In this document: positions 47,091 to 56,448 of the stretch, one piece after another | Numbering within the stretch: position 1 is the first letter of the stretch | Layout of the letters: the number at the start of each line of letters is the position of its first letter | Assembly (NCBI GenBank): GCA_964385625.1 | Contig: CAYLPS010000003.1 | Location: 17,007-81,006 of the forward strand | Source: an uncultured Anaerolineaceae bacterium | GTDB taxonomy: Bacteria; Chloroflexota; Anaerolineae; Anaerolineales; UBA4823 | Length of the DNA: 64,000 bases | Reading direction: 5' to 3' | Notes under the pieces: generated by a model | Told to the model about the DNA's origin: nothing | Databases searched by the model: none | What the model saw: the letters and a program-made list of their open reading frames with translations, nothing else | Translations under genes and position numbers: made by a program

Positions 47091-47135
47091 AAAAAAAGTC
47101 TGGTGAATGAATTTCGTCACCAGATTTTTCTTTTT
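47091..47135 (+). terminator. Intrinsic terminator after the M20 peptidase gene
   Basis: An A7 run, then stem TCTGGTGA (47099-47106) pairing with TCACCAGA (47117-47124), then TTTTTCTTTTT. A second short hairpin, CAAAAACC/GGTTTTTG, lies at 47140-47162. Confidence 0.75.
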
Positions 47136-47202
47136 GAGCCAAAAACCATACAACGGTTTTTGCATTTCAGATTGTCACCCTCCGGGTCAGTTTTATCCTT
47201 CC

Positions 47203-47211
47203 TGGTATAAT
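47203..47211 (+). promoter_or_regulatory. Extended -10 (TGGTATAAT) 7 nt upstream of dinG ATG (leaderless-type start)
   Basis: CCTGGTATAATCCCTGCCATG, with no SD. Confidence 0.55.
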
Positions 47212-47218
47212 CCCTGCC

Positions 47219-50014
47219 ATGCAATCAATTATTGCCCTGGATATCGAAACCACCGGTTTGGATCCCCAAAAAGATGCCATCATCGAGATTGGAGCGGTCC
47301 GTTTCAATAATAACCGCATCGAAAATGAATGGGAAACCCTGATCAATCCTGGGCGTAAAATTCCTCCCTTCATCACCCAGCTCACAGGCATTAATGATCA
47401 CATGGTGATGGAAGCGCCCTCCATTCAAGATATCCTGGCCGATTTCCGGCATTTCGTGGGTGACTTTTTCATCCTGGGCCACAATGTGGGTTTTGACCTC
47501 TCTTTTTTACGCAGGTATGGACTGTTCAAAACCAACGATACCTTGGACACCTATGAAATTGCCTCTGTGCTGCTGCCCACAGCCAGCCGTTATGGTTTGT
47601 CATCGCTTGCCCAGCAGCTGAATATTCCCATCAAAGCCAACCACCGCGCCATGGCGGATGCCCGCGTGACCTCGGAGGTGTACCGGTCGCTATACGAAAT
47701 CGCCATGGATTTACCCATACAGCTGCTCGCGGAGATTGTCCACCTCTCCGAACAGATTGATTGGGCAGGTTATGGCTTCTTTCATGATGTGCTGCGCGAC
47801 CGCTCTAAAGAAACCATCTCAGCTCGGCAGGTCCGCCAGGGATATTATGGGCCTTTATTTGATAGTTATCACGCTCGCGATCTGAATCCACTCACCCCCA
47901 ACGATGAGCAGGTATCCCTTGATCCTGACGAAGTCGCATCTGCGCTTGAGCCCGGCGGCATTTTTGCCCATCATTTTCCCAATTATGAGTATCGCCCTCA
48001 GCAAATCGAGATGCTGCGTGAGGTCACCCGGGCTTTATCGGAAGGGCGCCATCTGCTCGTTGAAGCCGGCACGGGCACCGGTAAAAGCATGGCCTACCTG
48101 CTGCCTGCTGCTTTATGGGCGTTAAAAAATGGGCACCGCGTGGTCATCTCTACCAATACCATCAACCTGCAAGATCAGCTGATAAAAAAGGATATCCCTG
48201 ATTTGCGTGAGGCGATGGGAATTAATCTTTCTGCCACCGTGATGAAAGGACGTTCCAATTATCTTTGCCCAAGGCGCCTGGAAAATTTACGCCGTCGCGG
48301 GCCAGATAACGCCGAGGAGATGCGTGTATTGGGTAAGGTTTTAATCTGGTTACAGACCACTGTTAGTGGTGACCGCAACGAGATCAACCTCAATGGCTTG
48401 AGCGAACGGGATGTTTGGCTCCGTCTTTCTGCCGAAGATGAAGGTTGCACTACCGAAAACTGCCTCAAGCGCGGTGGTATTTGCCCGTTCTATAAGGCAC
48501 GCCAGGCTGCTATCTCTTCACATATCCTGGTAGTCAATCACGCATTGCTGCTCGCTGACGTGGCTACTGGCAACCGCGTTCTACCTGACTATAATTATGT
48601 CATCGTCGACGAAGCCCACCACTTGGAGGAAGCCACCACGAATGCCCTCAGCTTCAAAGTCACACAGTCGATGATTGACCATGCACTCCGTGAGCTGGGT
48701 AGCCCAAAAGCAGGTGTATTGGGCAAGCTGGTCGATATTCTAAAAAACAACATCACCCCTTCTGACTTTGCTGCCATCAATAACTATATCCAGCAAGCCA
48801 CCGACCTGGCATTCCAATTCCAATCGAACACCCAATCGTTCTTCCAGGTCATTGAAAGGTTCCTGCTTGAGCAGCGCGAGGGCAATGATATCGGCATGTA
48901 TGCCCACCAGGAGCGTATCCTGCCTGCCACTCGCACGCAGCCTGCCTGGACAGATGTCGAAGCCGCCTGGGAGGAATGTGGGAACTCACTTCAACCATTA
49001 AATGAATATTTGACGAAAATGGTCCAGGCTTTGGGAGATTTACGCGACGATCTCCCCGAAGAAGATGGCGATGTCATCTCCAATCTTGGCAACTTGTACC
49101 ACCGCCTGACTGAAATGCAATCCAACCTTGATGCGATGATCTTTGAGCCCAGGATGGATATGATTTACTGGTTCGAGATCCAACCCAATGGCAGGCAAAT
49201 GTCACTCAATGCTGCCCCCTTGCAGATTGGATCCCTGATGCAGAAATACCTGTGGAATGATAAATCCTCCGTCATCCTCACCTCTGCCACGCTTACTGCC
49301 GCGGGTGAGTTTAACTATCTGCGTGGCCGTTTGAATGCCGATGAAGCCGATGAGCTTGCCGTTGGCTCGCCATTCGACTTCGAATCATCGGTGCTGCTCT
49401 ATATCGCCAATGACATTCCTGAGCCTTCTGACCGTTTCGCTCACCAGCGTGCTGTTGAGCAGGAGATACTAAGGCTGTGTAGCGCCACCGGAGGTAAAGC
49501 CCTGGTACTGTTCACCTCCTACGACCAGCTAAAACGCACTTCGCAATTCCTTTCTCCGCGCTTTGCGCAGAATAACATCCGGCTCTACGAGCAGGGAGAA
49601 GGTGCCTCGGCGAATATGCTTCTGGAAAATTTCCGCGCTGATGACCGTGCAGTCCTATTAGGCACCCGGGCATTCTGGGAAGGTGTGGATGTACCAGGGG
49701 CAGCCTTGTCGGTGCTGGTCATCGTCAAGCTGCCTTTCGATGTGCCTTCCGACCCGATTGTGGCTGCCCGCTCGGAAACTTTTGACGATCCCTTCACAGA
49801 ATATTCTCTCCCCGAAGCCATCCTGCGCTTCCGCCAGGGTTTCGGGCGCCTGATCCGCACCCAATCCGACCGAGGTGTGGTAGCTATCTTCGACCGGCGC
49901 ATCATGAGCAAGCGCTATGGCCGTCTCTTTACCGATTCTCTGCCCACATGCACCACCCGCACTGGTCCGGCTGCTGATCTTCCCCAGTTGGCTGTGAAGT
50001 GGCTTAATTTATAA
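47219..50014 (+). CDS. dinG: DnaQ-like 3'-5' exonuclease fused to DinG/XPD-family helicase
   Basis: 931 aa. Exo motifs are ALDIETTGL, GHNVGFDLSFL and HRAMADA. Helicase motif I is EAGTGTGKS and motif II is DEAHH. Four Cys (NYLC...EGCTTENCLKRGGIC) sit where XPD/DinG proteins bind a 4Fe-4S cluster. Confidence 0.85.
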   Translation: MQSIIALDIETTGLDPQKDAIIEIGAVRFNNNRIENEWETLINPGRKIPPFITQLTGINDHMVMEAPSIQDILADFRHFVGDFFILGHNVGFDLSFLRRYGLFKTNDTLDTYEIASVLLPTASRYGLSSLAQQLNIPIKANHRAMADARVTSEVYRSLYEIAMDLPIQLLAEIVHLSEQIDWAGYGFFHDVLRDRSKETISARQVRQGYYGPLFDSYHARDLNPLTPNDEQVSLDPDEVASALEPGGIFAHHFPNYEYRPQQIEMLREVTRALSEGRHLLVEAGTGTGKSMAYLLPAALWALKNGHRVVISTNTINLQDQLIKKDIPDLREAMGINLSATVMKGRSNYLCPRRLENLRRRGPDNAEEMRVLGKVLIWLQTTVSGDRNEINLNGLSERDVWLRLSAEDEGCTTENCLKRGGICPFYKARQAAISSHILVVNHALLLADVATGNRVLPDYNYVIVDEAHHLEEATTNALSFKVTQSMIDHALRELGSPKAGVLGKLVDILKNNITPSDFAAINNYIQQATDLAFQFQSNTQSFFQVIERFLLEQREGNDIGMYAHQERILPATRTQPAWTDVEAAWEECGNSLQPLNEYLTKMVQALGDLRDDLPEEDGDVISNLGNLYHRLTEMQSNLDAMIFEPRMDMIYWFEIQPNGRQMSLNAAPLQIGSLMQKYLWNDKSSVILTSATLTAAGEFNYLRGRLNADEADELAVGSPFDFESSVLLYIANDIPEPSDRFAHQRAVEQEILRLCSATGGKALVLFTSYDQLKRTSQFLSPRFAQNNIRLYEQGEGASANMLLENFRADDRAVLLGTRAFWEGVDVPGAALSVLVIVKLPFDVPSDPIVAARSETFDDPFTEYSLPEAILRFRQGFGRLIRTQSDRGVVAIFDRRIMSKRYGRLFTDSLPTCTTRTGPAADLPQLAVKWLNL

Positions 50015-50071
50015 ATCCGCCAATTTTATTTATCAGCCAAATAAACCAGTTCCAATGACAGGATGTTAATT

Positions 50072-50662
50072 TTATACTGATAGCGATGGGGTAGATGTCC
50101 GCTGGTAAAAGACTAATAGGGTGCTTCCATAATGCCGCTGATCGAACTCCTCCAGTTTCCGGATGGGTAAATCAATCCCGCCGGGCAGATATTCGATCGG
50201 GTGGATTTGCACAATCACCCAGGCATCCTTAGATAGCCATTGGTCATGCTGGTCTAATAACAGTAAAACCTTTCTCCACATTTCCTTATATTGAGGTGGG
50301 GCGATATATACATAATCATACTGCTGATTCATTTCTCCGGCGAGTATCGTAAAGGCATCAGCATGCCTGACTACAGCGCCTTCAATTAACCCTGTGGTTT
50401 GCAGATTTTCACGGATGATCTCAATGGCTTTCCGGTTGTTATCCACAAAACAAACGTGTGTCGCCCCGCGGCTCAGTGCTTCGATTCCTACGCTTCCGGT
50501 ACCCGCAAATAGGTCCAGTAGAGCTGCACCCTGGATATCTGCCCCAAGAATATTGAATAATGCTTCACGAACTTTATCCGTGATGGGCCGCGTGGTATCG
50601 CCCGGTACTGAGCGGATTTTCCTGCCCCTCGCCCTACCCCCAATGATGCGTAGGTCACTCAC
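50072..50662 (-). CDS. rsmD: 16S rRNA (guanine966-N2)-methyltransferase RsmD
   Basis: 196 aa. IIGGRARGRKI, SAM motif LDLFAGTGSVGIEALSRGA and a variant D/N-PPY motif (IAPPQY). GTG start overlapping the upstream stop by 8 nt. Confidence 0.85.
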   Translation of the reverse strand: MSDLRIIGGRARGRKIRSVPGDTTRPITDKVREALFNILGADIQGAALLDLFAGTGSVGIEALSRGATHVCFVDNNRKAIEIIRENLQTTGLIEGAVVRHADAFTILAGEMNQQYDYVYIAPPQYKEMWRKVLLLLDQHDQWLSKDAWVIVQIHPIEYLPGGIDLPIRKLEEFDQRHYGSTLLVFYQRTSTPSLSV

Positions 50663-51650
50663 CTCTGGCAGCCTTGATCGCCGCTAAAATATTCGCTCTA
50701 GGGGTGGTGATTTGCATCACACATCCCGTCCCAAGGATGATGCGGTTGTTCTGTGTCGCTGTAATGGCATCCATGGCTTCTTCCCGGACTGTTTCAGGGG
50801 TGCCCAGTTCCATGGTACGTTCCCGTTGCAATCCTCCGCACACCACACCCCGAAACATCTGCTTGCCCTCTGAAAGTGACGGAAAGGTATCACGGTCGTG
50901 CCAATTAATAACCTGTACGGGATCCTTCGTGAACAGCTCGAACATAATATGATTTCCATGCAGGTGCAGTACATTCAGCCAGTTTATCCTGGTCACCTCC
51001 AGGATTTCAAGATCGAATTTGTGTCCGTATTGCATGTATTCCACTTCTGAAAGTAGCTGGTAATTAGCTTGCTGCACCGCGTAGAAAATTCCCGCCATTC
51101 CTGTTTTATTCGCAGTTTCGATAAATCGTTTTGTCGTTTCGGTGATCGTTTTCAATCCTTGCATCACTGCTTCTGGATGCTGGCGTAGATGCACCAACAG
51201 CATTTCACCCCCCACCAGGTTTTTAGCTTGCGCCAATGGGCTGAAAATGGTTTGGATGACCGGTACACTGGGTCCCAGCTTGTCACAGATAATTTTCAAG
51301 CAGGCCAATTGGTCTCCCAAAAATCCCTGGTTCGGATCCAGCACGGGTAATTTTAACCAATCTTCTTCAGAATTAATCACCCGCTGTGTATATTGCCGCG
51401 TGCCTTCAGGGTTACCCTGCCATTCATCCCTTACACCCCAATCTTTAAGGCAATAAGAAGAAGCAGGGCTTACTTTTACCAGGTCGAAATCATAGGTCAT
51501 TTGAAAATTTATCGTTGCACCAGCTAATGTCTCAGGTGTTTGATCGTCTACAGGGAAATGTCGCCACATTGCGATCGGTGTCTTATCGCCTGGCACCCCG
51601 CTGATGCAATTTTCAATCCTATCTCGATGAGTCAAGTTCCTGGCAGGCAA
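50655..51650 (-). CDS. Uroporphyrinogen-decarboxylase (URO-D/MtaA) family protein of unknown specificity
   Basis: 331 aa with the general URO-D family layout. TTG start with a GGAGGTG SD. I did not see the H-x-C...C zinc triad of MtaA-type methyltransferases (the sequence reads LHLHGNH instead). Confidence 0.55.
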   Translation of the reverse strand: MPARNLTHRDRIENCISGVPGDKTPIAMWRHFPVDDQTPETLAGATINFQMTYDFDLVKVSPASSYCLKDWGVRDEWQGNPEGTRQYTQRVINSEEDWLKLPVLDPNQGFLGDQLACLKIICDKLGPSVPVIQTIFSPLAQAKNLVGGEMLLVHLRQHPEAVMQGLKTITETTKRFIETANKTGMAGIFYAVQQANYQLLSEVEYMQYGHKFDLEILEVTRINWLNVLHLHGNHIMFELFTKDPVQVINWHDRDTFPSLSEGKQMFRGVVCGGLQRERTMELGTPETVREEAMDAITATQNNRIILGTGCVMQITTPRANILAAIKAARGE

Positions 51651-51683
51651 TTTACCACCTCCCGTTTAATTTCTGATGCGATC

Positions 51684-52877
51684 TCACGCTTTTTCGAGCG
51701 TTTTCCCGATTTTACTGTGGATTTCATTCAGCTCATTCGATTGTTCGTCCAGGTATTTTTGAATGAACGCTGAGCGCCTCATCCGTAGTGCCATTGGTGC
51801 AATGGTTTGCAAATCCTCCGGTTGCACGGTTGTGCGGTTATCCAGTGCTGCATATGCACGCATGGCTTCGAACAGGGTTATTTCTGCCCGTAGCGAAGTG
51901 ATTTTTAGGTCGTGGATCAGCTTCAATCCCTTTTCGATCACTTCTTTCGGGATTTTCACCTGTGGCAGCATATCTCTGGCAACCTGGATTTCTGCCTGGG
52001 CTATCTTGGTATCATCCATGTACTCAAGGGTTACCTTGCGTGGATTCGCCAGGAATGCCTGCACTCGACGATAAGCCTCATATCGCTGGTGCTCATCTTC
52101 CAATCCTCCTACTACCACACGTAGTCCAAAGCGGTCCATGATTTGCGGGCGCAGGCTCCCCTCTTCTGGGTTCATTGTGCCAATCAGCACGAAGCGTGAC
52201 CGGTATGTGGCAGCAATCAAACCACGTTTCACGGTATAAGATCCATATGCCGCAGCATCTAGGATGGCATCCACCACATCTGCTGATAACAGGTTCACTT
52301 CATCCACATGCATCAAGTTTCGATCGGCATGAGCTAATATTCCACGGTGCAGCCGTAGGTGCTCCAAACCGCTTAGTTTATCGTCAATTCCCCCCACCAC
52401 ATCTTCGAGCCGGGCGTTCATGGGCAGCTCCACCAGGCGTATTTTATCCATGGCTGCCAGTGGTTCTCCATTGGCGAATTTTCTCGCACAGTTGGGACAT
52501 ACCGCATCCATGCCGCCTGTTTCGATATCTTCAGGTAAACAACCATAGTAGCATAGGCTACGTGGGATCTCTGGCATAAGGTCCACCAGCCCGCGTATGG
52601 CAGTGGTTTTCCCAGTGCCGCGCGGCCCAATCAACAGCACGCCCCCAATTGCCGGGTTGATCAATGCCAGTAATAAGGCATATTTCATCTCGACCTGTCC
52701 CACCAAAGCCAAGAATGGGTAAGGTATAACTTCTCCCAACCCGCTATCCTGCTGCGGTGTTTCCGCGGCACTTTTACCGGAAACGTGCTCGATCAGCTCT
52801 TTTAACGACTGATATTGACTTACCGGTTGGCTTGAATTTTCTTCTCTCCAGGGTTGATCATCTGAAGTGTGATTCAT
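51684..52877 (-). CDS. ChlI/BchI-like AAA+ ATPase (Mg-chelatase subunit I family) with a Cys4 insertion
   Basis: 397 aa. PFLALVGQVEMKYALLLALINPAIGGVLLIGPRGTGKTT (ChlI N-terminus plus Walker A), Walker B HVDEVNLL, GTMNPEEG and RPQIMDRFG. The insertion is CYYGC...CPNC. Confidence 0.75.
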   Translation of the reverse strand: MNHTSDDQPWREENSSQPVSQYQSLKELIEHVSGKSAAETPQQDSGLGEVIPYPFLALVGQVEMKYALLLALINPAIGGVLLIGPRGTGKTTAIRGLVDLMPEIPRSLCYYGCLPEDIETGGMDAVCPNCARKFANGEPLAAMDKIRLVELPMNARLEDVVGGIDDKLSGLEHLRLHRGILAHADRNLMHVDEVNLLSADVVDAILDAAAYGSYTVKRGLIAATYRSRFVLIGTMNPEEGSLRPQIMDRFGLRVVVGGLEDEHQRYEAYRRVQAFLANPRKVTLEYMDDTKIAQAEIQVARDMLPQVKIPKEVIEKGLKLIHDLKITSLRAEITLFEAMRAYAALDNRTTVQPEDLQTIAPMALRMRRSAFIQKYLDEQSNELNEIHSKIGKTLEKA

Positions 52878-52895
52878 TGCCTCACCCGGGTAAAT

Positions 52896-53276
52896 TCAAT
52901 CCATATCTTCACGCAATTCACCGAAATCCACCGGTGGAAGCAAATCCGGCCTGTCCATTAACACATCCATCTCGCCAAAAGTCAGCTCGGGCATCATGGG
53001 CGCCAATGGCGACATCGCTGGCGTCTTGATCCTCAGGGTGAAGGGCGGGATGATATCGATGTGTGGTCGGTTATAACCGTCAGCCAGTTTACGCAAAATG
53101 CGCGGGCCTTCTGCCAGCCAGCCTACATAATGCCCGTGCGTGGAATATACATAGCGATCAGGTGAAATCCAGCCGATCCATTCACCGATATCGCTGAAAA
53201 TGTATGGGTAAACCATGTAAGCTCCCACGTCACCTGAAGTGGTATAGATTGGAACTAAGGTGCTGTCAATTGTCAT
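52896..53276 (-). CDS. Hypothetical protein (N-terminal half resembles '4-fold beta-flower' repeats; acidic C-terminus)
   Basis: 126 aa, lying 18 nt upstream of the ChlI-like gene. It has repeated short beta-hairpin-like units (GDVGAYMVYPYIF, GEWIGWISPDRYVY, GHYVGWLAEG). The family assignment is from memory only. Confidence 0.4.
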   Translation of the reverse strand: MTIDSTLVPIYTTSGDVGAYMVYPYIFSDIGEWIGWISPDRYVYSTHGHYVGWLAEGPRILRKLADGYNRPHIDIIPPFTLRIKTPAMSPLAPMMPELTFGEMDVLMDRPDLLPPVDFGELREDMD

Positions 53277-53330
53277 AACTCACTTTTCTATTTCTTAGAA
53301 AAATTTCACCACACGGATTGTTATCTACCT

Positions 53331-53792
53331 TCATTTTACATCACTATATGTCCAGTAGCGATTGATGAAGAAATTCCAAAATAACACGATGAGCACTGCG
53401 ATTGCTAGGGTTACATTTTGACCAATCGCATCAGCAGGAAGGATTAAATATCTGTTTGGCAGCGTATATGAGAGCCGGGTCATTTCCGGTTCCAAATAAT
53501 GCAATATCGGCACACGTATTCCCAGGCCAATGACGCTCACAATCGAAAATTGCACCAGTTGGCCTATGATCGCTTTGGATCTTGAATCCGGGTAGGTCCA
53601 TTTCCGATTCCAATAGAAATTGCTCAGGATCGCGCAGATAAAGGAAATAATGCCTGATAACACGTACGGAGCTCTAAAAATGCGTACCAGCATGTTGGCA
53701 ACGCCGAAATCGACCGCCGCTCCCATTAGCCCCACCAGCAGGAAGCGAAGGAACCGGGTTCGCTCTTTATGATCGTTTACAATAACGGTCAT
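53331..53792 (-). CDS. GtrA-family membrane protein
   Basis: The ORF track gives 53331-53867. The ATG at 53792 shares one base with the UXS stop (TGATG). FLRFLLVGLMGAAVDFGV and four TM segments. Confidence 0.75.
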   Translation of the reverse strand: MTVIVNDHKERTRFLRFLLVGLMGAAVDFGVANMLVRIFRAPYVLSGIISFICAILSNFYWNRKWTYPDSRSKAIIGQLVQFSIVSVIGLGIRVPILHYLEPEMTRLSYTLPNRYLILPADAIGQNVTLAIAVLIVLFWNFFINRYWTYSDVK

Positions 53793-54748
53793 CACATCCC
53801 CAGTTTTTGACGAAAATATGGGATTGTCATCAATAATCCTTGCTCCAGGCTGATGTGGGGATGCCATCCGAGGATCGTCTGTGCCCTTGTGATATCGGGC
53901 CTGCGGCGTTGCGGGTCGCTCTCCTGGCGATCTCCCTGCTTATAGATGATCCCAGCTTGATTTCCCACCAGTTGGTTGATTTTCTCGGCAAATTCTAGGA
54001 TGGTAAGCTCAACCGGGTTACCGATATTAACCGGCAGGTGCTCATCCGATAGTAACAACCGCACCACGCCATCCACCAACTCGTCCACGTAACAAAAACT
54101 GCGCGTCTGCTGGCCATCCCCATAAACAGTCAGGGCTTCGCCCCGTAACGCCTGCTGGATAAAATTCGGCACCACTCGCCCGTCATCGAGATGCATCCTT
54201 GGCCCGTATGTGTTAAAAATCCTCACGATCCGGGTGTCTATTCCATGGAATCGATGATATGCCATGGTGAGCGCTTCCGCGAATCGCTTGGCCTCATCGT
54301 ATACCGAGCGAGTTCCGATTGGGTTTACATGCCCCCAATAACTCTCGACTTGCGGGTGCTCCAATGGGTCTCCATAGATTTCACTCGTACTAGCAAGCAA
54401 GAATTTTGCATCATTGGCTCTCGCCACGCCCAGGGTGTTGTGTGTGCCTAAAGCTCCTGCTTTCATGGTCTGAATCGGAAGGTTCACATACCCGTACGGC
54501 GACTTTGGATTAGGACTTGCCGGAGAAGCAAAGTGCAACACGGCATCCACTTTCCCAGGGACAAAGATGAAATTGGAAACATCATGCCTGATGAAAGAAA
54601 AATTAGGCTCACCCGTAAGGTGCGCGATATTCTCCGGGCTGCCGGTGACGAAATTATCCATCCCCACAACTTCGTGACCGTCAGCTAAAAGCCGTTCACA
54701 TAAATGCGATCCTAAGAATCCTGCGGCACCAGTGATCAATGTCCTCAT
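53792..54748 (-). CDS. UDP-glucuronate decarboxylase (UDP-xylose synthase)-like SDR
   Basis: 318 aa. [17 protein letters not shown]...[18 protein letters not shown] and YDEAKR. Confidence 0.85.
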   Translation of the reverse strand: MRTLITGAAGFLGSHLCERLLADGHEVVGMDNFVTGSPENIAHLTGEPNFSFIRHDVSNFIFVPGKVDAVLHFASPASPNPKSPYGYVNLPIQTMKAGALGTHNTLGVARANDAKFLLASTSEIYGDPLEHPQVESYWGHVNPIGTRSVYDEAKRFAEALTMAYHRFHGIDTRIVRIFNTYGPRMHLDDGRVVPNFIQQALRGEALTVYGDGQQTRSFCYVDELVDGVVRLLLSDEHLPVNIGNPVELTILEFAEKINQLVGNQAGIIYKQGDRQESDPQRRRPDITRAQTILGWHPHISLEQGLLMTIPYFRQKLGM

Positions 54749-54754
54749 CTCATA

Positions 54755-56392
54755 TTATCTCCAATCGATACGGGTGGTCAATCCATCTCCGGTAATTTGT
54801 TGCGCGATTCCATTTCCGGCGTCCACAATCCAGATATTCCCATTATAAATGACCGCAATCGCATAATCACCACCATTTCCAAGTGTGGTTGGCGACCAGG
54901 AAATTCGTTGCGGTTCCAGTCCTTTAGCGCCTGGTTCAGGGAATAAGGCTATTTGGTTGGAGCCATCTCTATCCATGGTATAGAGCCTGTATTCACTGCT
55001 CTCGCTTGTTTCAGGCGAGTTAGCCTGTAAATATGCCAACGAGTAAGCATTTTCGCTTGTGGTTTCCCCCGTGATTGAAGTGGTAAAACCCGGTTTTTCC
55101 TCTACTGGCGATGGAATAGGGTAAGCAAACATGCCCACATTCTCAGCCAACACCAGTGGCGAACCTCCATTGAGCAGAACCGCAATCAGGTCAAACCTGT
55201 TAGATTTACCCGGCTTATTTTCATCATTCGTCTCATGACTTACTGTATATATGACGCTCCCATCAGCTGACCAGCTTGAACTTGTCACCCAGACCCAATC
55301 GCCATTGGTTTCGAAGGGATCGATGTTAATCAGCGTGGTCAGCTCATGACCATTTTGATAAAAAATACCCACCATATCTGCTCGGCTAAATAAAAAGCGC
55401 TGTTGGTCTGGTGACCAGGCAAAATCCATTCCCCACCATCCATATACGCCACCTGAGTTCGCTTCCAGCAGACGGTATGGTGCACTAACCGTACCATTCT
55501 GGTTGATTTCGATAAGGTATAAATCGTTATTTGCCTGCCATCCCGGCGAGGTCTCCTGCCATTCAGCAGTTGAATAGGCGACATTTTTTGAATCCGGGCT
55601 GAATTCAGCAAAATGGATGATATTCTTAATTCCCAGGTCGATGATTTTCGCCGGGTTGTCGTTCAATGTTGCCATCCATAACGAATTGATCGCATGATCA
55701 TCGTTTGAGGATTGGGTGAACAACAACAGGTTGCCATCGCTGGATAATGAAAAAATCCGCCCGTCTAAATTACCGGTAGCTACCACACACCGCCGGTTGC
55801 CGGTGGCTTCTTCAATGACCCAGGCGTTTCCCGCTGATAAATAAGCCAGCCTACCGGGTATGGGAAATGAAGCAAACGTTGCCCGGCTGCCAACCATCAA
55901 GATCTCGGGCACAGGTAGCTGGATTGTTTCGGTCATGATCGCGCTATCGGAAACTTTTACTCCATCTTCAAATACTCTGAGAGACGTGATCCTTTGAATT
56001 CCATTTACGCCGGCCTGGCTTAAGCGGCTTTCTCCTTCGGGGATGGCTTCATTTTTGAGTTCTTGGTGCTCGAAAGGCACCACGACCTCTTGAGTGTAAT
56101 ATTCCTCTCGAACCCGGGTTACCTGGATATTTGCGCCATCAGTTAGAATAGCAATGATCGAAGGATTGACTTTATCCAACTTCCCAATTGATATCTGAGC
56201 CGCATTTAGCGCTTCCCCGACAGTGCTTCCATCTGGAATTCGCACTTGCACCGTTTGCCTATCTGCCGTGATATTTATAGTGATTATATCTTGATCAACT
56301 TGGGCGTGTTTGCATCCACCCATCATTATGGGAAAAATAAGCCATAGTACCACCCACTTCAAGCTGAAATACTTCCGATGGTATAATCGCAA
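54755..56392 (-). CDS. Lipoprotein with DUF348 + G5 domains fused to a TolB-like (PD40) beta-propeller
   Basis: 545 aa. TTG start, signal peptide ending in lipobox IMMGGC. The DUF348-like segment is VQVRIPDGSTVGEALNAAQISIG...GANIQVTRV and the G5-like segment is VPFEHQELKNEAIPEGESRLSQAGVNGIQR...VGS. PD40-like repeats follow (SPDSKNVAYS, SPDQQRFLFS, SADGSVIYT, DRDGSNQIALF). Confidence 0.7.
   Translation of the reverse strand: MRLYHRKYFSLKWVVLWLIFPIMMGGCKHAQVDQDIITINITADRQTVQVRIPDGSTVGEALNAAQISIGKLDKVNPSIIAILTDGANIQVTRVREEYYTQEVVVPFEHQELKNEAIPEGESRLSQAGVNGIQRITSLRVFEDGVKVSDSAIMTETIQLPVPEILMVGSRATFASFPIPGRLAYLSAGNAWVIEEATGNRRCVVATGNLDGRIFSLSSDGNLLLFTQSSNDDHAINSLWMATLNDNPAKIIDLGIKNIIHFAEFSPDSKNVAYSTAEWQETSPGWQANNDLYLIEINQNGTVSAPYRLLEANSGGVYGWWGMDFAWSPDQQRFLFSRADMVGIFYQNGHELTTLINIDPFETNGDWVWVTSSSWSADGSVIYTVSHETNDENKPGKSNRFDLIAVLLNGGSPLVLAENVGMFAYPIPSPVEEKPGFTTSITGETTSENAYSLAYLQANSPETSESSEYRLYTMDRDGSNQIALFPEPGAKGLEPQRISWSPTTLGNGGDYAIAVIYNGNIWIVDAGNGIAQQITGDGLTTRIDWR
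56379..56387 (+). promoter_or_regulatory. Extended -10 (TGGTATAAT) candidate promoter for scpB, inside the 5' end of the divergent lipoprotein gene
   Basis: GATGGTATAATCGC lies 62 nt upstream of ATG 56449. An alternative TAAAAT box at 56437-56442 is 6 nt from the ATG. Confidence 0.4.
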
Positions 56393-56448
56393 GGTTCACC
56401 CAATAATAAATATCGTTATCACGTAAAATATTGAATTAAAATTATAGC

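Noticed and set aside
50655-51650. URO-D-family gene as the missing methyltransferase partner of the RACo-like module
   Set aside because: It is 33 kb away on the opposite strand and lacks the H-x-C...C zinc motif I expect for MtaA/MtbA-type enzymes. The link is too speculative to claim.
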